DNA of 64,000 nucleotides from Azolla caroliniana. Taxonomy: Eukaryota; Plantae; Polypodiophyta. The notes beneath the pieces are model-generated. The model searched no databases. It had not been told where the DNA came from and saw only the letters and a program-made list of their open reading frames with translations. The number at the start of each line of letters is the position of its first letter. Position 1 is the first letter of the stretch. Position numbers and translations under genes: made by a program. This document shows, in pieces, positions 26,348-37,099 of this stretch. The stretch lies in contig JBHGNT010000014.1 in assembly GCA_043228905.1 (NCBI GenBank), positions 2,356,001 to 2,420,000 of the forward strand, in the 5' to 3' direction.

Positions 26348-27174
26348 CATGGTTGTTTACGTACCTGTATTTAACGTTTGAATACGTATAGTACCTCATC
26401 ATTTGTATAGTACGTACTATACCTCAATGTTGTTCAGTCAAATATCATGTACATTTGTCCAATATGGTATTTAACGTATTTATAAAAAAATAGGTATAAT
26501 ACATATTTATAAAGAAAATGTAAGTAAAACCCCAACAAAAAGCAAAAGAAAAAAAAAGATTTTAGTGAAAAAGAAGCCAAAGGAAGGAAGAAAGAAGAAT
26601 TGAAGAGACGATGATGAAGAAGATGAAGAAGATGAAGAAGAAGAAGAAGAAGAAGAAGAGAGAAAAGAAGACATAAACTTGTCCTAAGTGTGATAATCGC
26701 AGAAGATAGAAGAAGAAGAAGAAACCTATCATGAGTGTGATAATCGTAGACGATTCCTCAATCTATGAAGGCAGAATTGTAAATAATTACAATTTGAAGT
26801 AGAACATCATGATACACACTTACACTGATTTGTAGAATAAGGGGATGTCGACATCTATATTACTACAAGTATTTTAGGATGTGAAATGTTCAAATGTCTT
26901 ATATGCATTTTAGGATGTACAACTATATTGTACATCACAAAATTGTGTAAACATAGATGTTTTTTACAATATTATAGATATTTTTTAGAAAGGTAAATAA
27001 TTTTTAAATTCTAGAAGTATTTAACATACTATGCGTAAAATACGTATTTTACGTATTTTATAAGTATTTAACATATTAAGAAAACGTATTTAACGTATTT
27101 TTAAATTGGGAGGTACTATACGAGTATTAATACGTTAAATACGTATGGTATCCGTACCGTACCTAACAACCTTG
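26348..27174 (+). mobile_element. Non-autonomous hAT-type DNA transposon, copy 3 (827 bp), inserted in the RT of element A
   Basis: Same TIRs; TSD CAGTGGAG / CAGAGGAG (7 of 8); RT peptide VSTPL|DRTVKL rejoins across it. Confidence 0.9.
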
Positions 27175-29693
27175 CAGAGGAGTCGAGACGGACTTACAGT
27201 CTGCTATCCCGAATTTGAAGAGCATATTCAGCACGTAATGACGTTGGCGGATTAATATGCCTTCGGGAGTACGGATCACTTTGATCCCGAGGAAGTAATG
27301 AAGGTCCCCCAGATCCTTCATGTCAAGTGATGCCACAAGTTGGAGCTTTACGTGGTTGATTGCAGTTAGGTCGGCGTCGGTGATGACTAGGTCATCAACG
27401 TAAAGGAGAATACTAATTGGCCCGAGTCGACCTTTCCAGATGAACAGTGAAGTGTTTGATTTCGACGTCACAAAACCCATCCGATGCAATCGTAGTGTGA
27501 TCTTCGTGTTCCAGGCACGTAGGGCTTGCTTTAGTCCAGAAAGGGACATCTTCAATCGGCACACCGCCGAAGTGTTCGTTCTGGAGTGAAATCCGGGTGA
27601 TGTACCATATACAGTTGTTCCTCAAGCTCACCTTGTAGGAACGCATTCTTTACATCCATCTGATGTAAATGCCACCCCTTTGCCGCAGCTACCGCGAGCA
27701 AAACATAGACGGTCGTCATCTTCACGACCGGCGCAAACGTCTCATCGTAGTCGATGTCGTGTTTCTACACGTAGCCTTTCTCTACTAACTGGGCCTTGTA
27801 TCGGTTGACCGAGCCGTCAGTGTTGTACTTGACCTTGTACACCCACCTACATCCGATCGGCTTCACACCATTCGGTGCGTCAACCAGGTCCCAGGTTGCA
27901 TTTTCCGCCAATGCACGCATCTCGTCCTCCATCGCGGCACGCCAGTTCGCGTCTTTTGCCACTTCTGCGTAGCTCTCCGGCTCACGCACTTCCGCCACTC
28001 GCGTCATGTACGCGTAATGGTGCGCCATGTACTCATTATAACCGAACCGCACTACAGGGTTCTTCTGGCGGGTTGATCAGTGTACTTGCTCATTAGCCAA
28101 TGTTGAGGCTTTCTTGGCCGACGCAGTCTTCGGTCTCGAAAACCCAACGTCACTTCCCTCGGAGTCGGACTCGCATCAATCCAACTCGTTCCTATCTGTG
28201 CCATAATCTAACACCTTCTTCTTCCCTTTTTCTTTGCGCGTAAGCCGTCTCCTCGGCTTCCTGCGCGGGGAATGCACGGCCGAGTCTCAACTACTCGCCG
28301 ACTCTTCATCGGACTGGTCGAACAGACTCAGTCATCCATTCGGTCCGCTTAACCGAAACGAAATCGAACTCTCTTCGGGGGTCCCGATTTCAGGCTCATC
28401 CGGAGGCACCTCGGCCTCGCTGACTTCATTGTCAGAACTCGGATTGGAGGTGAGGTCCGGAGTCGGAGGCAAGTACTAGGACGCGGACTCGTCAAACACA
28501 ACGTCGCGGCTCACACGCGCTTGTTTGGTGCGAGGGTTATAACACTTATAACCCTTCTACTCGTCCGAGTAACCGACCGAGATACACTTCTCGGCTTTCG
28601 CGTCCAACTTCCTACTTTTCTCCTTCGGTACATGCACATACGCAATGCTACCGAAAACTCTCAAGTGTCGTAGATTCGGCTTCCTTCCGAAATACTGCTC
28701 ATGCGCCGACACTTTTTCTCCAACCCGATTCTGGACGTATACCGCGGTTCTTACCGGCTCGGCCCAATAGAACTTGGGCAAGCTCTTTTCTTCTAGCATT
28801 GCCCGTGTCGTTTCCACAATCGACCGATTCTTCCTCTCGGCCACGCTGTTTTGCTCTGGTGTGTATCTACCACTGAATTCGCGTTGAATTCCTGTTGAAT
28901 TGACCGGAAAAGTACTCTTTTCCGCCATCCAACCGCATGCACTTGATCTTCCTTCCTGTTTCCGTTTCCATGAACCCTTGAGGTCCCGAAAACAATCGAA
29001 AACTTCACTCTTCTTCTCAATAAGGTAGATCCACGTGTGCCGCGTATAGTCGTCGATGAAGGAGACGAAATATCGACTCCCGCCAAGACTAATGTTGTGT
29101 GCCGGCCCCCATACATCGGAATGTATCAAGTCGAGCTTGTTCCAGCTCCAGTTACGCTCATTAGGAAAGGGAAGTCGGTGTTGCTTCCCTAGCTGGCAGG
29201 CTTCACAAATTTGTGCCTTTCGGCCACTAAATTTGGGCAATCCGAACACCACCTGTTTCGATTGCAGGTCTTGAAGCCGTTGATAGTTGACATGGCCTAT
29301 CCTCTTGTGCCATAAGTCGATGTCTGACTCGACTTCTTGTCCTTTCGCGAACATTGCGGTGCCACCATCACTAGAATCGAGGATAACCATCCTCCCATCT
29401 ATGCGCCCTTGCGCAATAACTCGGCCTTCTTCCTCGATGAAGCACCCGAGATGCGTGAACCGGACTTGCATCCCTTGGTCGACGATCTGCTCGACCGACA
29501 CCAGATTCTTCGTGATTGTTGGGACGTGTAGCACGTTCATAAGTTTCCCTTTCTGCCCGACATGGCTCAAGGGAACTTCACCAACATTTGCGATCGGATG
29601 CGGAGTGTCGTCTCCGATTGCGACTACTCCTAGTTGTGTCGGTTTCTCAAGGTATGAGAACCACTCCTCGTGGCACGTCATGTGGTTTGACAC

Positions 29694-30326
29694 TGTCGTG
29701 AAGAAAACCGTCCACAAGCGGAATCGGTACACAGGAGCGTGGGAACCGGCTCTTCTCGAATGTTGTCCATAGAAGATCCTAGGCAGGTAGATTTAGAGGG
29801 TAGGAAGAAAGGGGGGGAAACGGCTCCTTCCTTGCCTATAAAAGGAGGGAGACGAGAAAGGGGTGGGGATCGCGGAGAGTCGAGCACGAACTGCTATCGG
29901 TTTGCGTGCGAAGGCTTCTCTCTCTCTCTCTCTCTGGTTCGCGAACTCCATAGCTTCCTTCTGTGCAGGTTTCGGGAGGCTCGCGCTGCTCTGAGGAATG
30001 CCCGAGTGCTTCCGGCAGCACCTCCAACATATTCCTGTCTTTCTATGCGTTTACGAGCAGGTATCGGCATCTGTTCGCCGGCCTGTTCGGTTGTAACCGA
30101 CTTCGTGTTTTGTTGTCTTCGTGTTCTTGTTGTTTGTCTTGTCAATACATACATACATTCGTGTCTTTCTGTGTCGCTGTCCCACTTGCGTCTTTGCGTC
30201 GAAGGGCCGTGTCCCTGTGGATCTACGCTCGCACATAGAGGGATTCTTCCCCTCCTCTCTTGCTCTTTGGTACAAGACCCCCGAGGTTCCGCCTCATTCC
30301 ACGCATCCGCGAGGAAAACCTCGACA
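29694..30326 (+). mobile_element. Solo LTR (633 bp) inserted in the protease motif of element A
   Basis: TGTCG...CGACA termini; TATAAAAGG near 29837; apparent 4-bp TSD ACAC/ACGC; the host protease motif (VWYV-x-SGASNHMT) rejoins across it. Confidence 0.82.
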
Positions 30327-33300
30327 ACGCGCCGGAGTGGACGTACCACACCTCCTCCGACTTCGGGGTGATCTTCTTCATTGAGTTTGCTTCATGTCTC
30401 ATCCTGAAGACTGACCCTTTTACGGCTTCTCCGAATCCTTCGGCGTAGTGCGATCGTTGCTGATTTCCTTTGTCGGTCTGTCCGGAACCTGTTCCAGACT
30501 CGGTTCTCTCCGAATCGGCGCGCTTTTTCCAGCACTCGCTCTCCCTCTGGCCTTTCTTGCCATAGTACCAGCATTTTGTGGAGGATTTCCCTTGCCGGTT
30601 CTCGTCGCCTCAACTCCCCCTGTTTTCGAAGGGTCCAGAATTGCTGTCGGCATCACTTTGATGCCTTCTTCCTTGATCCCGTCAGCCGCCTCCATTGCTT
30701 ACCAACTTGCCTCGTCTGCCACGACCATGAGGCCTATCTCCCTTTGTGAATGCTCATCTTGTTGTCAGCATGCGTGCTTGTCGACGCAGTCGTGTGGTTC
30801 TCCTCTATAAGGAGCATCAACTGTAAGTCGAAAAACGACGGTGTATTCTCCCGTGTACACAACAGTTCGGAACGCTCCGAACTTTGACACCAGTCCCCCG
30901 AGACAGATTTGCACCATCTCGCCTTCCTCGACGTTCACATCGATACAAGCTAGAGAGTCACATATATCTTTGTTCTTCGAGGTGTAATCAGCCACCGACA
31001 AGTCGCGTTGTCGTAAATTGCTGAGCTCCTATCGGAGTTGAAGCTTCCTGGCTGTCGTGCTTGCGGCGAAGATCTTCTTCAGATTTCTCCAATCCTTTAG
31101 TGTTTTCGCATCCCAAATATAGCTCAGGAGTTGTTCGCCCACACAAGGCGTGAAGCAGTACAATACTCTGCTCGCCGATTGTTCCCAAGCCGGGAAGTCT
31201 TTGTGTGTCGAATCGGGTGTTGTGTCATTTGCTCCATTGACATAGCTCCAGTAACCGTGTCGGAGCAGGTACTGGTGCATCTTGTAAGACCAAGACGTGT
31301 AGTTGTTTCTGTCGAGCTTCTCTGTTGGAAGTGAGCTAGCCATGCCTCTATCCATCGGTTTTGCCTGTTCTTCTTGGTTGGTTTTTCTTTCAAGCTATGT
31401 CAGTTGCAGAGGTTCTCAACCCTCGCGCTCTTATACCATGTAAAAGATTATGTGCGGAAGCAATAGAAAACCAAACACACAAAAAATACGCAGGTTTAAT
31501 GGAGAGCTTGAGTATACACAGTACGCGGGAGAGACAAAGAGAGAACACACCGAAAATTCAATTCAAAAAAACTAACTCTATGTACATACACCGTGCTCAG
31601 TGAGCACCTTTCATACAAGCCCTGACAATCGGGCTGACAAAAGTACTGACAGTACTTGACTGCTCATAAGTGAGCCTCGACACTCACTCCCAAAATTATT
31701 CCTTTACGAGGAATATCTCTCTAACGGCCTTTCGGTTTACGCACCGATACGGCCTCTCGTTACGCACCCGTTTTACGCACCGGTCCGGCCTAACCTATTG
31801 GTCCCAACCGATCTGGTTCTCGGCTTGCACAGTCGATCCGGCCAATGTTGAGCTTGTATCTCAACAGCTCTAACGGCCTCTTCGGTTTTCACACCGATGC
31901 GGCCCTGTTGTGCATACTTTTTCACGCACCCGGTCTTCACACTGGGTTATGCTGCGTACTTCGCACCGAATGTTGAGCTTGTCTCTCAACACTCCCCCTC
32001 AAGCTCAACTTGAGGTTCCACTTGCTCCACCGGATCTACGCTCTGGTTCCTTCTGGCTTCACGCCTCGCTCGCACTCCTCGACCCATTCAATTATGCGTG
32101 CTTCGACCCTTTCGATCGGCTTGTCTGCTCATTCGGCCCTTCTTAGCTCCCTTGTTGTCGTGGTGTCGACACGTCCTTCACTGCCCTTTTTATTGCATGG
32201 CCTTTAGTTGATTCGGCGTATCTGAATCGAACATACTGATTGAATCAAACTCTTCCGATTTAATTTCACTCTCATCCGAATTGGTTGTCTCCAATTCGTC
32301 CTCAATCTTCAGGCCCCTGACAACATCTGACCACGTCTTAGTCTTGGCCTTATCTCCCCCTATTTCGGTTGTCCTCGGCTTCTTCTTATGGTTACGACCC
32401 TTGCCCTTGCTTCCGTCTTCGGCTTCTTCAGCCGGTTCGAAGTCAAATTCTCCATCCAACTCCGCATCTCGGTCACTTCCATCATGATGCTTACCTCCGC
32501 TCTTTTCACGCTCTGGTCCCTGATCTTCCTCTCTCCCCCTGAAGTTCGGTGTGTCGAGGTGACGCAACCCAAGTGCACCCAAGAAATGCCGTAACTTATT
32601 GAGACCAAGAGGTTTGGTGAAGATGTTGGCAATCTGCCGATCAGTCGAAACATGCACCAATTCGACTTCTCCTGATAGGACCCGCTCACGGACAAAATGG
32701 TAATGCACCTCAATGTGCTTGGTCTAGGTGTGGAACATGGGGTTTTTCGCAAGGTGGATACTGCTAAGGTTATCGCAATGGATCGTCGTTAGATCAGACA
32801 CCTCTACCTGCAGATCCCGTAATAGTCGTTTCAGCCAAATGACTTCGCACGTAGCGACAGTCTCCCCTCGATATTCGGCCTCCATGCTCGACAGTGCTAC
32901 TGCCGACTGCTTCTTGCTGCTCCATGCGATCGCCGTACTTCCCAATGAGAATGCGTATCCAAATGTGGATCGATGATCACTAGCGTTTCCGGCCCAATCG
33001 GCATCCGTGTAGCCGACTAACTGTTCGGCTACGCCTGCTCGATATAGCAACGCCATGTCTTTCGTGCCACTTACATATCGCAATATCCATTGTGCGCACT
33101 GAAAGTGTTCAGCCGTAGGCTGCGACATGAATTGACTAATCATGCCAACCGGGTAACTGAGGTCCGGCCAAGTAATAGTCAAATAGATAAGGCTTCCGAC
33201 AATCTGTCGGAAGCGTGTCAGGTCGCATGCCTTGCCCAAATCTGGGCAAAGCTTCACATTTCTATCCAGAGGGGTTGAGATGGGCTTACAGTTTGCCATC

Positions 33301-36062
33301 CCAAACTTGAAGAGCATATTCAGCGCGTAATGACATTGGCTTATCAATATGCCTTCGGGGTTGCAGATCACTTCGATCCCCAGGGAGGAATGAAGGTCTC
33401 CGAGATCCTTCATTTCGAATGATGCCGCAAGTTGAGACTTTACGCGGCAGATATCTTCTAGATCGGCATCGGTGATGACTAAATCATCAACATACAATAG
33501 AAGGCTTACGGGGCCATGTCGACTTTGCGAAACAAATAGAGAAGAGTCTGATTTCGACAGTGCAAACCCCATCCTACGCAATTGTTGCGTAATATTTGTG
33601 TTCCAAGCTCTCGGGGCTTGCTTTAGTCCATATAAGAATTTCTTCAAACGGCAAACTGCCGAGGTGTTTTTTTCGAATAGAAATCCGGGGTGTTGTACCA
33701 TGTACACCTGCTCCTCAAGATCACCTTGGAGGAACGCGTTCTTTACATCCATCTGATGTAAATGCCACCCCTTCGCTGCAGCTACCACGAGCAAAACACG
33801 GACGGTCGTCATCTTCGAGACATGTGCGAAGCTCTCGTCATAGTCCACGTCGTGCTTCTACGCGTAGCCTTTTGCTACTAAACAGGCCTTATATCGGTTG
33901 ACCGAGCCGTCGGTGTTGTACTTAACCTTGTACACCCACTTACATCTGATCGGCTTCACACCTTTCAATGCGTCAACCAGGTCCCAGGTTTCATTTTCTG
34001 CCAATGCGCACATCTCTTCCTCCATTGCGGCACGCCAGTTCGCGTCTTTCGCCGCTTCTGAGTAGCTCTCCGGCTCACGCACTTCCGCCACTCGCGTCAT
34101 GTACCCGTAATGGTGCGCCACGTACTCATTATACCCATATCTCTTTACGGGGTTCTTGAGGCGGCTAGATCGGCGTAATTCATGATTACCCGATTTCACA
34201 ACCTTTTCGGCTACTGTCCACCTCTTCCGTGGAGGTTCTTTTTCAGTTTGCCCATAGTCAGGCTCACTCCGATCTGACTCGGCACTGCCGAAGTCGTATT
34301 CCGACATTTTCGTCTTGCCTTTTTCCTTGCGTGTAAGCCGTCTCCTCGGCTTCCTGCGCGGGGAATGCACGGGCAAGTCTCCACTACTCGCCGTCTCATC
34401 ATCTGGTTGGCCATCTCGGCTCAACCCCTCATTCGGCTCGCTTAGCCAAAATGAGGTCAGACTCTCTCTCAGAGCTCCGACGTCCTCATCATGCGGAGGC
34501 ATTTCAGCCTCGCTGATTTCTTCTTTAGAAATCGGAACGGAGTCTTGAGGTACTTGAGGTGAAGGCAAGTACCACGAAGCGGATTCGTCGAACACGACAT
34601 CTCGACTTGCGTGTACTTCCTTTGTTCAGGGGTTATAACATTTATACCCCTTCTATTCATCTGGATAGCCGACTAAGATGCACTGTTTTGCTTTAGCGTC
34701 CAGCTTCCTCCTCTTTTCCTTCGGCACATGTACATATGCAATGCTATCGAAGATCCTCAAGTGTGCCATGTTCGGCTTCTTCCCGAAATACAGCTCATGT
34801 GGCGACACTCCTCCATTAGCAAAAGTCTGATTCTGCAAGTAGACAGCCGTCTTCATGGCTTCATCCCAATAGAATTTCGGCATATGCTTGTCTTCAAGCA
34901 TTGCCCTGCCTGCTTCTTCAATCGTCTGATTCTTTCGCTCGGCCACGCCGTTCTGCTGCGGCGTGTATCTACATGAGAATTCACGCCGAATTCCCACCTT
35001 CTATAGATAACTTGTGAACTTATCAGAGAAGTACTCCCTCCCGCCATCGAACCGTAGGCATTTGATCTTACGCCTTGTTTCCCTTTCCGCAAGGCTCTTC
35101 ACCTTCAGGAAACATGCGAAGACTTCGCTCTTCTTCTCAATCATGCATGCCCACATGTGCCGAGACTCACATTCTGTGCCAAACCCCACATATCCGAATG
35201 GATCAAATCCAGCAAACTTCGACTACGATTACACTCATTGGGGAATGGAACTCGGTGTTGTTTTCCCATTCCGGCCACGAAATTTCGGCAACCCGAAAAC
35301 AATGTTCTTCGTCTGCATTTCACGAATCCCTAGGAAATTTACGTGGCCGAACCGCTTGTGCCACAGGTCGATATCCGATTCGACCTTTTGTCCTTTCACG
35401 TACAACACGGTTCCAGCTTGATTAGTGTCGAGGATAAACATCCTCCCTTCATGGCGCCCTTGCGCGATCACTTTGCCTTCCTCTTCTATGAAGCAGCTGA
35501 GATGCGTGAATCGAACCTGCATTCCTTGGTCGATGATCTAACTGACCGACACTAGGTTCTTCGTTATTGTCGAGACGTGCATCACGTTCATGAGTTTCCC
35601 TTTTTGCCCGACGTGGCTGAGAGGAACTTCGCTGACATGTTCGATGGTATGCAGAGTGTCGTCTCCCGTTTCGACCACTCCTTGTGATTCCGGTTTCTCC
35701 AAGTGCGAGAACCATTCCTCGTGACTCGTCATATGATTTGATGCTCTAGAATCAACATACCACACCTCGCTTGATTTCAAGGTGTTCACTACCATAGAAT
35801 TGGCCTTATGCTTCATTACGAGGGCAGGGCCTTATTTGTTTTCGGCTCGTTTAGAGCCTTCTACGTAGTGCGATCTCTAACACCTCTCTCCGTCTCTTCG
35901 GCTCGATCCAGCTTTGTCCGAATCGGCTCGCTTTTTCCAGCACTCGCTCTCCTTGTGGCCTTTCTTACCACAATACCAGCAATCCGGTGCGGTTTTCTCT
36001 TGCCGTCTTCCAGCGCCGCCATGACTCCCCCTGCTTGCGGAGGGTTCAGAATTGTGTCCAAT

Positions 36063-36440
36063 TTGATGAAAAAACCAGAGTTTTAATCACAAGTCGATAC
36101 AATGTATCGAATTCATGTTTAAAGTTTTTTTTTCCAAAAAAAAAATTAAATAAAATCAAAACAAATCAAAAAAAATTGAAACAAATTACTTTAAACATGA
36201 ACTAGGTACATTATACTGAATTGTGGTGAAAAATCTGGTTTTCTCATCAAGTCAAGTTTTATTTATTTATTTATTTATTTTAATTCGGGAAAAAAAACTT
36301 TGAACATAAATTTGATACATTGTATGGAATTGTGATGAAAACTCTGTTTTTTACATCAACTCATTACAATGTATGGAGTTCATGTTTAGAAATCTTTTTT
36401 TTTTCAAATAAAAGAGGTTTAGGGTTTACATGAACTCGAA
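36063..36440. repeat. AT-rich ~70-bp repeats in direct and inverted orientation
   Basis: 36063-36135 is a near reverse complement of 36288-36359 and of 36186-36250; partial copy at 36366-36400. Confidence 0.7.
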
Positions 36441-37099
36441 TTGTACTAAAATATCTGTTTTGACAAGAGTAAAAGATGCATATGGATGTTGTAAAGAATT
36501 ATGTTGCACAACAAGATACCTTACAGTGAACATGTGCTTCCTTGTTTAACAAAAACCATTAATAATTGTGTTGATGGTAATTGAACCTTGCAAATGCCAT
36601 TTACTTCACAAATTTTGTAAGGGAGCTCTCAAAATGAAGAAGAGGAGAGCATTGTGGATACCTTGATAAGTATGTGATATGTTCAAATTAATATATTAAT
36701 GTTTACATCTAAGTTTGGCAGTTTTGACAATTTATGAATATCATCTATTTATGAATATTGTATACATTTCTTGAGTTGTGAATTTATGGATGTTAATGAG
36801 CACTAAATTTATAGATGATGGCATTAAGGATTACAATGTTACCTCTTATACTTAAAACATTTTCAAGTCTAACAATAGATGTAACTTCCACTTCTGGAAC
36901 CTACATCTTCTCAAGATGGTGAAACCATTAATCTTAACTTGTGTGTTAAGTTAACCATTGTGATTTTCTTTAAGTTAACTACATTTCATATTTTCAAACC
37001 ATCAACGTTTAAGCATTTATTGAAAAACTGTTCAATTTTTAAAATTCTCATTTTGAAAACTTGTTAAATCTCAAAAAATTAACAAATTTTACATGCTAT

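Larger units (their letters stand above)
25129..31343 (-). pseudogene. gag-pol pseudogene of element A
   Basis: MASSLPTEKLDRNNY (gag), [43 protein letters not shown] and ADIFTKPLG; many stops and frameshifts; two internal insertions. Confidence 0.9.
24677..31866 (-). mobile_element. Full-length but decayed Copia element A (minus-strand group)
   Basis: LTRs 24677-25128 and 31439-31866 (similar, with a 24-bp indel); TSD GCTCT at 24672-24676 and 31867-31871; PBS TGGTATAAGAGC at 31427-31438; PPT after 25128. Confidence 0.93.
24372..36060 (-). mobile_element. Copia element B (minus-strand group), 5'-truncated; its 3' LTR (24372-24676 plus 31872-31991) is split by element A
   Basis: LTR halves rejoin across TSD GCTCT; PPT at 31992-32003; pol pieces 32190-35816 (RNase H, RT 32724-33848, integrase, WYVDSRASNHMT); gag zinc-knuckle region near 35900-36050. 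Confidence 0.88.

Noticed and set aside
29739-30371. 210-aa ORF and overlapping ORFs as a novel gene
   Set aside because: They lie within a GC-rich solo LTR, include microsatellite-derived residues and show no domain motif.
36450-36900. hAT transposase remnant
   Set aside because: Only vague peptide resemblance, with no ORF or diagnostic motif that I can support.
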